Of a stretch of 64,000 bases of DNA, positions 25,489-39,960 are shown one piece after another. The stretch is from Octopus sinensis. Lineage: Eukaryota. Within the stretch, counting starts at the first letter, position 1. Every line of letters begins with the position of its first letter. The notes beneath the pieces were generated by a model, which saw nothing but the letters and a program-made list of their open reading frames with translations, was not told the DNA's origin and ran no database searches. Position numbers and translations under genes: made by a program. The stretch spans positions 78,306,001 to 78,370,000 of the forward strand of contig NC_043008.1 in assembly GCF_006345805.1 (NCBI RefSeq). The letters are read 5' to 3'.

Positions 25489-27928
25489 ATATTATATATA
25501 TATATGACGCACTATATATACACACACACACTATATATATAGTGAATCACCTGAGAGATGAGAACTTACAGTATCCAATATCAAATATTAATCTCATATC
25601 GAGACTTCTATTCAAAAATGTTAATTCTTCCGGTAGGAGGAACAGCAATGTTAACACAATGGGTATTGAATGCAAAATAGTAAAGATTTTTGAACTGTTT
25701 GAACCGGGTCCAGCTGTCCAATTTATTGTACAGTACTTTCATTATGAATTAAAATGCAAACGTACTTAAAGGAGCAAATTAATGGCTTCCCTAGAGACCT
25801 ACAATCATAAGTGAAAGGATTCGAAGCTGTGTTACAGAATGACCTTCCTTAATTGTAGAAATAGCACGTTACAATTTGTAAACTAAAACACGTTAATATT
25901 TAATGGTTAGAGCAAAATTATATTTTTAAAGTATAATAATAAACAAGTATTATATTTTGTTTTAGTGTTTGCTCAGAGTTAATTCTCTGTCAGCATTCAA
26001 GAATAAAAAAAAATATCTAATTATACGCTGTAGATTAAGACACTTTTGTACGGTAGATAAAAGGAAATATGGCATTAGAAAAGCTCTTCGGTGTATCAGG
26101 TTGAGCGACACATGAGACGGTTTAATGGAAAAAAAATTCCATCATTATTTTATAAACATTATGCAAAAATATTTGAACCAATTATCTTACTTAAAGAATA
26201 TGCTGTGAAATACATGAAAATTAATGACACAAATGTAGTATTGCATGAGATAAGGAATTTGTTATGGGATGGGGGGTCAACTAATGAAAACCTTATAATC
26301 TGCATAAGAAAACTATGTTCTTAAACAACTGGGTTTTTTTAACGGCTTTTATTTGATTACATCTCTCACATGTCTCATCAACCTAACATTTGTATCAAGC
26401 ACAGGAAATAAGAATAGGTATAAAAAAAACCTTGCTAAAAGCAATTTATATGAATCATTTTCTTGAGTATTGTTGTGTGCTTTCTATGTATAATGTCAAG
26501 AAAAGTAAATTGTCTTGCATTCCGTGAATTATAACATGACAATCTAAATATAGAATCATAAACAGCAACTTACATTAAAACTATATCTCAATTTATAAAA
26601 TGTCATAACGATGATAGTTTGAGTAACTAATTATATTCAAGAAATATAGCAATTAACTTATAGAAATGTATATAAATGATAGGATATTCCAGCTAGGTTT
26701 CGTCTAATTTCCCTTCTGTTGATATTGGACGGTAATTGTCCATTAAGAAAAGTGTCCAGAGAAACTAGTAATGCCAAGCAGTTTACCAGATTCTCTTTCA
26801 GGAGACTTATACGTTTGAAATACATTTATTTAATAGATTTTCTTTTCGTTTTCCTCTTTGATTTACTCTATTGATACAATATTGCACTCGTCTCACGTTT
26901 TGACTGTTTCCAATATCTAGCTTAAAATTTCATCCTCGATTGTATATGGGGAACAACTTTTTCTTTTCATTATTCTTACCGAAAGCTTATGGCTCTTTCC
27001 TTATAAACCTACAAGTTATCTCTTCAACAGCGCAGGGCATATTTTCCACATCAACATTATGTTGACTTGAGAATGGTGACAGAAAATAGCAGTGTAGTTC
27101 AAGAACAAATATTGGACGGTGGACTGCCATAATCAGTGAAGTGTCGAATAAAATGTCTTGTGGTTTTTGTTCTAGCTCTTTACATTCTGAGATCATTTAC
27201 AACCGGGGTGAATTTTACCTTTTATCTCTCCGAGAGTCGATGTGATTGATTGGCTCGAAAATTGCTGTCCTTATGCCTAAACTGGAGCAATTGTCATAGG
27301 ATAAACTTAGTTGCCCCTTGATACAGCAGATGAGTCGTGATGCACTTATGTCCAATGTATTAATTAGTTGTCCTTACACATAAGATATACATTTTAATTG
27401 TCCATATTATATTTAAAAAAACTATTGTAACGACAGGTTATCCCGATAAACCTCCCTACATGTTAATAACCACTAACTTTGAATTTATTTACAGTGGATC
27501 CTTTGAGATTAGTAACACTTATTAATTGCTATAGACACAGCGTGATAGAATATAATTGTAGAAGAGATTTGATCATTGCTCAGAGTGAGTCTGTAAATTA
27601 ACGGTACTTTTTCACTATATCTAATCATTAAATCATTAAAATCTAACTTCACTACTGTACCCACTACAGCATATAGTTTATCATAAGCATCTATTATGTT
27701 TCTTTTTTGTATGGAATTACTGACCCATATTTCAGCAATTTTAGTTAGATGTTATTCATTATCCTTACTCAACACATGATTATAAAATGTAATATTTCGA
27801 TTGCATACATATATAAAAGTTATCAGCTGAATATCAAGTATTTCGATAATATAGAAGCTGTGACCTTCATCTGTAAGATGTATGCCTGTTCATGCTAGAA
27901 ACTAGCTGGGTTTCTTATGACAATTTTA

Positions 27929-29056
27929 TATTAGGTAGAAAAAATTCCGTCGCCTTTTTTTATGATCAGTTGGGAGGGGGCGCTTTTCCGTGAATTGCAG
28001 TATAAGAAATCATTAAATTTTACATTTTAATATTTTTTTTCTGTTTTTGCTGATTATTTTATGCCATAGTGGTTAAGTTCGTATCGATTTCACCCTTCTA
28101 AAATAAGTTTGTATCAGACCTATAACAGACACTGCATGTTGTATGAATTTAAAAAATGGGTCTTCAGTAATAGAAGCGACTAAAAATCTTCGTTGTCTAT
28201 AAAATTGAAGCTTTAACTGTTCAGTTATGTGAACAATGGTTTGGCCAGTTTCGCTCGAGAAATCTTTTTCTCCCAGATTTCCCTCGATCTGAACGACTAT
28301 ATTAGGCACCTAAAACTAAAATTGAGGAAAACCTAAAGCAAGAGAGTGAGCAAAACATTTCAACTCAAGTCATGATTTCATCATCGAGCAACTTCATGAA
28401 CTATGAGATGTGTCTAAATTTGAGCAGTGGATCCCTCACCATCTGCTTTTAATTTTAATCAAAGAGTTGTCTTCTACTAATCATTGAAGAGTACACTTGC
28501 TACCGAAACTTTTCTAAGTAGAAACATTACTAGTGTTTAAAAATGAGTTCTCTAAAATCATACCCAACGGATACAATTGTTAGCACCTAAGAATGTCGCT
28601 TGTCATGAAGTGTTAAATCAAAGCGAAAAAATTAATATGGGTAAGTATTGCTGTCAATTAGAAACAATGCATAAAAATCTGCAGGAAAAGAACCCATCAT
28701 TCGTCAGTCGTAAAAGGTTGTAGCGGAAACACAATAATGCAAGCCCACATATTGCCCACTTCACTCCGATAAAGATTAATTATGGCACTCATCTGACCTC
28801 ACCCATCGACTATCATCTTCGTAGCTCATTGCAACCTTATTAATTGTGAAGAGGTTAAAAATTATATTGAGTGCTTCTTTGGTTCGGAACCTGAACATTT
28901 TTACGTTCAAGGGACCAACAATTTGCCAGATAGATGGGACTATGTTATCAATGATGAGAGGAAATATCTTCATTAGATATAGCAAAGCATAGAAACATTT
29001 GTTTCTTTTTTTTCCCCTATCTTGAAATGCCACATGATTTTCTTACTCACCTAATA
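27929..29056 (+). mobile_element. Highly decayed mariner transposon
   Basis: Termini tattaggt / acctaata; internal remnants CEQWFGQFRSRNLFL.DFPRS, HNNASPH, HSSDLTHR-like, GTNNLPDRWDYV. Confidence 0.65.
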
Positions 29057-29864
29057 TTATAATTTGACCATGGCCCAAAAATGCGTCTGAAAGAATGTCC
29101 AGTAATATTTTTGGCACCACATTGTCAAAAGATTAAGCAAAATTAAGTGCTATTTTCAAGGGAACATTGCAAGACGTATAAAAGTATATGAAATCCAACA
29201 CTTAGTAACCCTGCCACTATTCCTCACAATATTTCGTCACATTTTCATTCCTATCTTTCTGGATATCTTGAGCTTTCATTAAATTTTGGGATATGGTTTA
29301 CTTTCAGGGTGAATGTGGAATTGATTTATTTTTGCTAAAAACTAAGCACATTGCATTGGATTGCGATACAGTCAACTGATTAGAAAGCAACTAGCAAAGG
29401 TATATTCCAAAATCGAATTCGTGGTGTTTAAACTTAGTAAATAGAAGACAAAACAATTTTTCGGAGGTAAAAGTTGTCAAACCCTGACATAATTGAGGAC
29501 CGTATTCAGATTGCCATCTTTCTTTATAGAAACATCAAATAAATTACGCCGTTTTATATAAAACAAAGGCTACTTCAGTATATCAATATATATTTTACTT
29601 TAAATGTAGGAAATTCGCACCTCAAACTTAGCTGGAAATAGATGGGAGAGTAAGTTTCTAAATAAAACAGTGAGAGAGAAGTGATTACAGAGTGAGTGTA
29701 AGAGATAACAAAGCTAGAAAAGAGTTCTGCAGCCACAGCTGTATAGTTCAGGTTAGAACATTGACAATTCATTTTCTTCCTTGCGAAAATAACTTCTGCA
29801 GCGACAGTTATAGCAATAATCGCAGTTAAATCACAGATTATCTTTCAGTTACAACGGTATTAGA

Positions 29865-29895
<31 letters not shown>

Positions 29896-29898
29896 ACA

Positions 29899-29989
<91 letters not shown>

Positions 29990-30781
29990 CAGCCATTATA
30001 ATTCATTATTTTCTATTATTCTTTTAATTAGAAATCTTTTCAGTTATATTGTCTTGTTAAGGTCGGCTATGAGCATTAAAAAAAACTTTTTGTTTGTTTG
30101 TGCCCAGTTAACATCAAATACAACAATATAGGATAAAATAGCTGGAATTAGCAGTAATTATTCATAGATGTTCGTGTGTGAATAAATTATGAAGATCAGC
30201 AGTAAGACCACACAGAAAGATTAGAGACATATTTGATGGATTGAATTTTATAAAGCGTAGAAGATTTAAAGAACTGCTTAATAATAGAATTCTAATGTTT
30301 GTGTAAGTATTTCTTAAATAGGCTGATCTTGAATTAATTGGGCATAGTTATGATTTTAGAATGAATTATGATAATTATAATAAACTAATACAAAACGCCT
30401 ACGATAAAAAAAATATCACAACTAAACAGTAGGGTTTGAGACATTAAGGCAACGGATCCGATGTCATACACATTAGATCTGATAGCGTGTTGATGATTGA
30501 TGAATGCTTTTAATAGCCTTAAAAATACTTTTTACTCAATAGAAACTGTTGTCTATTTCTATCTATTTCGCTTTATGCAAAGTGAATTTTCTTGGCGGCT
30601 TCTAAATAAATGATAATCCATATGAAATGATGAGAATAAGCATGGGGCATATATTGCTCAGGAAAATATATTTTCAGAAGTTTAAATATGAACAGTAAGT
30701 TAATAATTTAGGTCCTCATTTTATATTTTCTGATATTACTCTCATATTCTCTATCTAATAAATGATACTGTATATCAATAC

Positions 30782-30888
<107 letters not shown>

Positions 30889-30959
30889 TATATGTATGTA
30901 TGTATATACACATACACACACACATATATATATACATAAATATATGTGTGTGTGTGTAT

Positions 30960-31450
30960 GTATATAATGTGTGTATGGTGATAAAAGGATAGAAACGAAC
31001 GAGGATGAAACATGGAAGGTAGCTGAAGGAAGAAGGAAGAGGAAGAAGGAAAGTCAATATGAACCCCAACCCGTATCCATCCCACCCATATCTTCTCAAC
31101 CCCAACCATCTACCCGCAGACACCAATCCTACCCATTCCCCACCGACACAACAAAGAAAAAAAAAGAAGCACAAAAAAACACAAACCTCACCTCTCACTT
31201 GTTATGCTTGAATTTTAGTCAAAGCAGTAAACATGGAATTGGTTGAAAAATTAACAAGATGGAAGGACACGAAGTTTGTAAATATGAAAGAAAAAGAAAA
31301 GGATAGCATAGTCACAAGCGTGTTAGTGCCGGAATGTCGGTTAAGAGAGATAGGGGAGTATCACGAAGGTATTAAATATAGGAAGGTGGTAATACAGGAG
31401 GTGGCGGACGGTGCAAGAATGAGGAACTGGAACAGAGATATGGGATAAAC
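30960..31450 (+). other. Possible retroelement ORF1 fragment
   Basis: Short Lys/Pro-rich ORFs (30971-31246, 31233-31448) beginning abruptly after (TA)n; no diagnostic motif. Confidence 0.2.
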
Positions 31451-31949
31451 ATGATGCTGTTGAGGTTTGGTAGGTGGCACATTTTCATTTATCATTTTCA
31501 TTGTCATTCATAGTTATATTTTTAATTTTTAGCTGTTATGTACATGTCATGTATTGCCCCGTCTGTGTGCGCCCCTTGTTTGTAATGAAAAAAACAGTCA
31601 CTATGGGAGAGGGGGGTGATCAGAGTTTGTTGTAGTGTCTTTGTTTTTCTCCTCTCTCTCCCCCTCTCTCCCCTCTCTCTCACGTCTGCAACAATGGTCT
31701 CGCAGGTGTCTTCAAAGGAAGGTCTTGCTTGGTGGACTTTAAAATGCCAGGCTTCACGGTTAGCGCAGACCAGAAGATAGTTCGCCATACAGTATGATCT
31801 ATATATAAAATGGAGAAACTGTACAAAATGTATAAACAATGATGAGTAAAGCACCGGCACAGTTTCGATTACCTGTTGTTATCCGTAGATTTAATGTAGC
31901 AACTCCATAGTGGCGGTTGGGGTAACAGTATTAATAAAATAGGTGATGG

Positions 31950-33105
31950 AATGTGTAATAGACTTTATTGAGTACAACACATGTTTCGAACCATTCTGGG
32001 TGTCTTCCGGTACATCAATAAAAAGTCTTACTAGAGATTTCTTGAGTCGACTTACGTACCGCTTGAGTTTACGGTTGTATGAATATGGTACATTAAGTTT
32101 GATGAATTTGCATAGGATAGTTTTATAGTGTGACGGTTGAATATTTTGCCGTATATTCCATTTTTGGGAAGCAGCGACCAAGTGCGGTGAAAAATTGTTT
32201 CGCAATCTTAGATGAGATGTTGGAGTTTCAGATTGGGTTATACCAAAGGACTTAATTGTTTTTTTATATTTTCGGTTAGGTCTATTTGTCTGGGTACATG
32301 GAGTGGCTATTGGATTTTGTGGCGCTAGGTCTTAGATTTGTTGTCTATTACAAGTTTTCTCTAACTCATGGTTGTTTCTAATGTGTTAGGTTTTCATTAG
32401 GTTTATGAAATGGTTCATGTAGACCAGTATCCAAATCAAAAGTAGCATCTAAAAAGTTGACTCTATCGTATTCATTGATTATAGTGATGGAGACTCCACT
32501 ATTTTTTAAAAACTTAAATAGAGATTCTTTTGTACTTTTCGTGATGTACTTTGCTACATTTGTGTAGGGATAATAATGCGTCATCTCTATATATCCCTCC
32601 ATTCAATCCAAGAATATATAATTGTATCTGGGATAGAATGTAAATTCCTACAAGGCCAGTTACTTCTGCAGAATCAAATGATTCCATAGCTATGCCAAAC
32701 GCATTTGGAGTATGAGATCTGTTCCATAAATTATTATCAAAATCTAACAAGTTTCCTCTCAATTTCGGATTTTGAGGTACAGATTAATCTAACAGATAGG
32801 GCAATACGGAAGTTTGGTTTGTGATTTCTTGGTTGTATTCGAGGTTTGCGTGGTGCATAAGGTTCGGTTCTATCGTGTATATTTAAGTTATTTACTATTA
32901 CTAATCCCTTTCTATTTATTATGCTGAGTGTATCTGCTTGTGCGTGTCTGTATTTACCGCATAGTTCATGACGTATAAGATTGTTATATAGAGGTTAAAG
33001 TCAACAATATAAACATTACCGGTTTTGTCACCTAGTACGATTATTCCCTGGGCCTTTTCCAACTCATGAAACATTTTCCTAAGTTTACGTTGGTGTGGTG
33101 TCTTC
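31950..33105 (-). mobile_element. Neptune-type PLE remnant with RT core
   Basis: Minus strand LGDKTGNVY; FGIAMESFDSAEVTGLVGIYIL..GGIYRDDAL; VNFLDATFDL; KIFNRHTIKLSY. Confidence 0.82.
31971..32016 (-). ncRNA. Degenerate hammerhead ribozyme motif
   Basis: Minus strand gatgtac-CGGAAGA-cacccagaatggttc-GAAAC-atgt-GTT-gtactc; U4 changed to G and weak stem II; lies just 3' of the Neptune remnant. Confidence 0.45.
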
Positions 33106-33107
33106 TG

Positions 33108-33173
<66 letters not shown>

Positions 33174-33175
33174 GT

Positions 33176-33290
33176 ATATATAAAAGTGTTCAGTATTTAT
33201 ACACAGAGAGGCGACCCTTTACAGGACGCCTTACATGCTAGAGAGGGCGTTCTGTAAAGGGTCGCCTCTGTGTAGGAATACTTTTATATA
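33176..33290. repeat. Hairpin / inverted repeat
   Basis: 33207-33230 pairs with 33246-33269 (1 mismatch); the outer tatataaaagt segments also pair. Confidence 0.88.
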
Positions 33291-33405
33291 TTAAAATATG
33301 TTGTCTATTGATATTTACTATGCATGATAACAACTGGTATAAAAAATTTTCAAAATTTTCTACCCTTATAATTTTCACAGTATGTTATATATACGTATAT
33401 ATACG

Positions 33406-33491
<86 letters not shown>

Positions 33492-33549
33492 ATTTTCACT
33501 TTTTTATAAAAAAACATCACTCCTAACTCAAGAAATATACCATCAATTT

Positions 33550-35040
33550 TGACCCAAATCATGCAAAATTCTAGCGAGGCGTTCATAATGCCCACTCACG
33601 TTTTTACTAAACTTGGTGTGCTGGCTTAAATCAATGCAGAAGCAGTATATCTCAAATTTCAGCTTTCAAGTTTAAGTAGTTTAGGAGTAATAGAGTTTTT
33701 AATTTGTTATCACCTAGGCCCTACTTTAGGAAGTATCCTCTCCTTTTCATTTCTGTGACATTAAGAATTCTGACTATATTAACCGTTTTTCAGAACAGTA
33801 GGCTTATCCAACTAGAGTATATGAAATAATGTTTCATAAGCGAAGTGCTTGTGTCAATCAAAGAAACAAAAAAATCTGGACGAAGAATCTCGTGCAATTT
33901 CGAGACTCACATAGGAAAAAAGACCTGTTTCTTTAGAAGAGCATTCTTTGGAAACTGCAGGATACCAATGAAACTTCGAATTGTCGGTCGCTACCCGTTC
34001 CTTCAACGGAAAGAAAGAAAGAACAAAGGAAATTTCGAAAAAAGCAACTTTTTTATGCCAAGGGAAATTAAATTTCCCATATCTATCAATTCAAAATGTA
34101 CAAGCAAAAGTAGAAAAACTGCTGAATACCTACGATAAATGTGTAAAACAAGGAAAATACGATTCATTGAAAGGAATTATTGACATCACAAAGGAAAGCG
34201 GTGAATGGCTGTGCAATGAGGATAGAAGATTATATTATCTTCAAATTGAAAGCAAGAGACAGGTTGGGCATGCTAATGGAAAGGTAGTCAGTTCCAAAAC
34301 TATCCATCCACCCAAAAGAAGAAAAGTGTCCTTAATGTCAACTTCAACCAGAGTAACTCAAGTGTCATCGTCAACATCTGAAGCAGAGACTGAAAGTGAA
34401 AATCAAGCGTCCGAAAATCAGATGAAGAATCCACACAAACAAAGAGAAAGTATAGCAAAACTGGAACTGCAACCAAGTTAGTAATAACTTCCAAGCTATC
34501 AACCCAAAAAACAGCAACAGTTGTCGACAGTTATCTGAAGATAGAATCAATGTCGAGACTCATTCACAATCTGGTATTTACAGATCGAATATCAAAGCTG
34601 TTAAACTAAAAAAGAAAATGAAGAAATCGCTACATTTAGAAAATTGGTCATTGCATTTCGGTGCTAAACGTATTGATGACCAAGAAAGCCATGAGCTAGT
34701 TTTAAAGAGTGAACACAGTGAAGTTAAGTTAGAAGCACTCCAATTACCAAAGGAAAAAGCCGATACTGTTGTGAAAGCAATAACAGCTGTTTACATGAAT
34801 ACAATTTATGGAATTGTGTAAAGATGATTGTCTCTGATACGGGTTTGAATATTGGGAAAAGAAATGACATTGTCATTCAGTTGCACCAAAGGGTTTGAAA
34901 GAACTGCAATTTATTGGTTGTCAGCATAATATCCTTGACAGAGTTATTCGTGTTGTAATGAATAACAAACTTGGAGAAAAAGTCATCTCCCAATATTGAA
35001 TATACATTCATCCCAGTGACTCGATCAGTTCCTAGCGATA
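33550..35040 (+). mobile_element. DNA transposon remnant, family uncertain (Sola-like motifs)
   Basis: ORF 33981-34481 (IIDIT..WLCNEDRRLYYLQ), 34618-34821 (HELVLK..KLEALQLP..KADTV), then DTGLNIGKRN and QFIGCQHNILD. Confidence 0.45.
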
Positions 35041-35139
35041 TCTGAAGAATGAATTTTTATATTCCGAAATATTATTACATCCGACTATGGATAATTAAAT
35101 CATAACAGTTATTATAGTCTACTCATTATTATTATTATT

Positions 35140-37237
35140 CTATGTTTGACTTTTGCTTTACATTTATACAAGTTAACTCCAAGTCTGACCCAGAGATCTA
35201 AAGAGACAGCAAATTGGAAGTTCATATTGGTGTTATGCCTAGGGTGCCATATATTTGGTTTTGTACTTAGTGTTGTACTAATGAATGTCTAAAAAAACCA
35301 TACGAAAATTATGTTTGTTTTAAAACTTGAGATTACATAGAAAGTAATTTGCGTAGGATATAAGCAGTTCCTATGAGCACAATCTTTTGAATTTCTGCCA
35401 TTTTGGGGTTTCCTGGTATCTGAGTTAGGTAGCAATCAGCCCCTTTTACTATCATTCCCAGAGCACTTATGACAACAGTTGTTTTAGTCTTTAGGTTCCA
35501 CATTTTGCTAATTTCTATTTCAAGATCTTTATATTTGCTCAGTGTTTGGTAGGTCTTGACAGGAACGTTTATATCGATTGGGACAGTCATATCAATGAGG
35601 AGGCATGATTTTTGTCTGACGTCTTTCAATATGATGTCTGGCCTATTCGCATCTATCTTTTTGTCAGTTTGAATGGTAAAGTTCCAGAGGAGTGAGATGT
35701 GGTCTTTTTCAAGCACTGGAGGTGATTTGTGTTCCCTGCATATTACCCAGTGAATATATTGTACAGCTCTATCATATCTGCTGAGATACTCTGTAGGCAC
35801 AAGAAGACTGCACTTGGAGACAACATGATCAATGGTTTCATTTTGTTGTTGACAAACACATGTTGGGCTACTGCCGTTCTGTATTATGTTGGCCTGGTAG
35901 TTCCTTGTTGGTAGGTATTGATCTTGAGCTGCTATGATAAACCCTTCTGTTTCAGATTTTAAGCCAGAGGCCATTAGCCATTGACGGGCCAGGGCTTTGT
36001 CAACATCGGCAATTATTCGCTCTCTTTGGATATTTGCCATTGAGAGGTTTTTCTTGCCATTTGTCAGTCAGAATATCTAAGGCAGCAGTTTTAGCACGGG
36101 TTTTCATATGCTTAGTTTTTTCTGTGCCTGTTTCTTGTATGTCTAATTCTGAAATTCGTTGTATTCGGAATTCATTTAGATATTCCTTTGCCTGTTTTGT
36201 TATTGAGTATGGTGCTTTCTTGTTTTCATGTTTTGAGACAAGTTTTAACAGCCAGTCCTCAGAGATTTTCAGGTAGGTGTCTAGGCCAATTGTGACAATA
36301 ATCAATGTTAATGCCTTTTGTAAAAGTCCACGATCTCCCTCTTTTCTTGGCAGTTAAATTCGTTCTATATCTACCTTAGAGTGGTGCATTCTATGCATTG
36401 TCAACAGTTTTCGTATTTTTCTGTCAAGATTAAATATTTCAGTAATTGACCAGTTAACGATATTGAAACTGTAAATCACGACTGGTATGGCTAATGCATT
36501 GATCGCTTCGATCCTGTTTCTCGCATTCAGCTCTGTCTTGAGTATTACTCTTACTATGCGATAACATTCTCTCCTGATCCTTTCCTTCATCACTGAATGC
36601 CTTATTCCGTCCCCTTCAATTACCCCTAGGTATTTGTAGCTCTCCGCTGGGTCTAACTCCTTTATGACATTCTGCTGGTCAAGGTTAACGTTAGATGTTT
36701 CTGTCATTTTTCCTTTGATAAAGGTAGCTTTTGCACATTCATCGAGGCCAAATTGCATTCTGATGTCATCACTGAATTGTTTAACAATGGCTAGTAAGCC
36801 CTGTAGTTGTTGGTCATTTTTTGCAAAGAGCGTTAAATCATCCATGTAAATGAGATGATTTATATTTTTATCAAACATTTTACAATCGTACTGTGCATCA
36901 TTGAGCAATTTGAGAGAGGTATTAAGGCTAAACAAAAGAGGAGTGGTGATAGAGAGTCACCCTGGAAAATGCCACATGAAATTTTTACATCTCCAGCATT
37001 TAGAGATTCATTGTCATTGTTCAAATTTAGTGTAGTTCTCCATGATCTCATACAGACAAAAAGTTTAGCAGAGTAGGTGCTATCTTATACATTTCGAGGC
37101 ATTTCTTACAGGCTATTGACAAGTTTTTGTGTCGTTTGTGACGATCTTCTAAGATCATCTTATTGATGAGTAGCTGATCATTACAACCATGATCCACGTT
37201 TATATCTTTTTTGTTCATTAGGGAATATGCTGCTTTC
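35140..37237 (-). mobile_element. R4/Dong-clade non-LTR retrotransposon (RT plus restriction-like endonuclease), 5'-truncated
   Basis: EQKR..GSW..DQLLINKMILED; GIFQGDSLSPLLFCLAL; HLIYMDDL; YKYLG; SETEGFIIAAQDQ; C..ETIDHVVSKC; RYD; NRPDI..LIDMTVP..SKYKDL. Flanked on both sides by (TAA)n. Confidence 0.92.
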
Positions 37238-37341
<104 letters not shown>

Positions 37342-37751
37342 AATTGAAACAAAAGAAATAATAATAACTCATCCGTACACACACACGTATTCATATACAT
37401 AGTAAACAAATCTATATAGTTTGTGTTTCCCAAACGTATCTTAATGTAAGCCTTATTGTCCTTTGTACAATTGTGCAAAATTATATATATTATATTTGTT
37501 TTGTAATTTTAATTTTGCTTGTGAAATGAAACAATTGTTGGTGAATAGGTTGATCAATTAATAATTTAATTTGTGTCCATTAGCTCTCTCTGTTTTCTAA
37601 CTCGACAATAATGTTTGATATCTTACGATATTTCATATAATATATTCATTGAAGAAATATCTCTTCAAAATTTAATATATTAAACAAGTGTATCGTGGAT
37701 AAATATCCCTATAAGTGTTTTAAATATCCTCATTGTGTCCACATATATATG

Positions 37752-37839
<88 letters not shown>

Positions 37840-37841
37840 AC

Positions 37842-37957
37842 TCCCTGAACACTTCAAAAACTTTATTAAGTAATTCTCATAGACTTTCACACATATATAT
37901 ATATATATATGAAAGTCTATGAGAATTACTTAATAAAGTTTTTGAAGTGTTCAGGGA
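37842..37957. repeat. Perfect 48-bp inverted repeat around a (TA)n spacer
   Basis: 37842-37889 is the exact reverse complement of 37910-37957. Confidence 0.95.
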
Positions 37958-38089
37958 TTTTTTAAAACTTTTTTAAATGTTTTTTTTAATATTATGAAAT
38001 CTACTATGAGGATGTCACTAACCTTGTTTGGGAAGAAGTTTTTTCTAGTGTGTGACCTCTAATATAAATATATATATATATAATATATA

Positions 38090-38125
<36 letters not shown>

Positions 38126-38859
38126 TGTATGTATGTATGTATGTATGTATGTATGTATGTATGTATGTATGTATGTATGTATGTATGTATGTATGTATGT
38201 ATGTATGTATGTATGTATGTATGTATGTATATAACATCAAATAAATAACAGGATGTCAGTTATTAATGCAATACGCTCCAGCCTGCTGTATTTAATTGAA
38301 TAATACAAGCATTACATCAATTTAAATAGAATGGCATCTTCAGTTGCAAAATATATGGATTTGCAACAGACTAGATATATTAATATAATTTTTCTGAAAT
38401 ATTTTACCTGAGTTAGGGGATATAAAACTTCCATGTTGCCATTATTGCTGCAGAAATAATCTAAGAGAAGAACAATTACAACTTTAGAGTGGCGGGAATG
38501 ATTCACAGTGGGGGTCATGGAATTGTAATTCATTTCTAATTTTTTAAAACTTTTTATCTATCACCTTATCAACATCAAAGATCTAATGCTAGTAGACTAC
38601 GTTTATTATGAATAAGGGCATTACGAGTTGGCTGTTCAGAACTGGCTGTTGGTCATAAATAAACATTATTAGATGTTCCCTCGAATCTTACTTTCTTACT
38701 TCCTTAATTTGGAAAGTCTAAAACCTACTGGTAATCATGAGAAAAATTTAATGGAGAAGAGGAACAGAAACCCACCTAGTCGGGAAAACAGACCTACTGG
38801 GAAAGCTTCTAGCATTCCTATTAAATCAAAGAATAAGATATATAGCAACAAAAAAAAAC

Positions 38860-39508
38860 AGAATTTATGGTCGGTAAGAAGAATAGTTTATATTATAATG
38901 TGATTGAGCAGAATGTGTCATCCTCTAATGATAATATAAATACCAATAGTGGAGCCATACTCAATAATGAAGCAGTGGGTTCGGAGTACATATGAAGAGT
39001 AGATAGAATCCGCCCCCACAAATATAAGAAGTCTCGAAAGAGTAATATAGTCTAGTATAATGTTCCCTTTAACTGGGCTATATCTACCAACATATATAGT
39101 AAATTTATGGCACTTTTAGATAAACGGATCCCAGCATCTCATAGGTATAATAGAGTATTTTCTCGTAAGACAATCAGAATCTCATATTCTACCCTCGGTA
39201 CTATCATAGCACGTTTTAATAGAAGGAATTAGCACGAGGAATTAATAATAATACTAATATTGTCAATAATGATGATGATAATAATAGTGGGTATATAAGA
39301 ATCCAGAACAGCAGAACTAATATATCTAACATATATATAATATAAACTGTGACGCTGATGTTTATGCTAACCTAGGTATTACTGACACAATACCTGGTAT
39401 TGCTGCAATAATTTAAATGCTACTATAATCGATAGAAGTAGTACTAATATCAGTAGTAATAATGCCGATAATAATTATAGCAGTAATAATATTTTTAATA
39501 ATAATGAC

Positions 39509-39569
<61 letters not shown>

Positions 39570-39960
39570 AAAATATTAGCTGTAATACTACCGGTTGTAA
39601 TTGTAGTGTAAAATCATATTGCCCGTTATTATGTCGCTGTTTAGTCCAAAACGTAGTTTACAAATATACAATCTTGACTGAAACTAGTGGTTTTATTCGA
39701 TAAATACAAAAAGCGTATCAAGAACTATCTTTCATCATTTAGACTTATATATAAAGCTAATAGTACTTCTTTATCTAGTAAGATCTGGGAACTTAAGGAA
39801 AGCGAGAATAGATTTAGCCTTGAATGGCATATAGTACGGATGGTGCAACCATATAGAGATAGTAGATATGAATGTGAGCTTTGTTCTATGGAAATTTATG
39901 AGATTTTTAAGTACAGAGACTAGAGCAACCTAATTAATAGTAAATGCATAGCATCACCCG
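38860..39960 (+). mobile_element. Neptune-type PLE remnant (linker plus GIY-YIG) with an (AAT)/(AGT)-rich insert
   Basis: KSRKSNIV*YNVPF..TNIYSKFMALLDKRIP..HRYNRVFSRKTIRISYS; CNCSVKSYCPLLCRCLVQNVVY; TSLSSKIWELKE..LEWHIV..Y..CELCSME. Confidence 0.82.
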
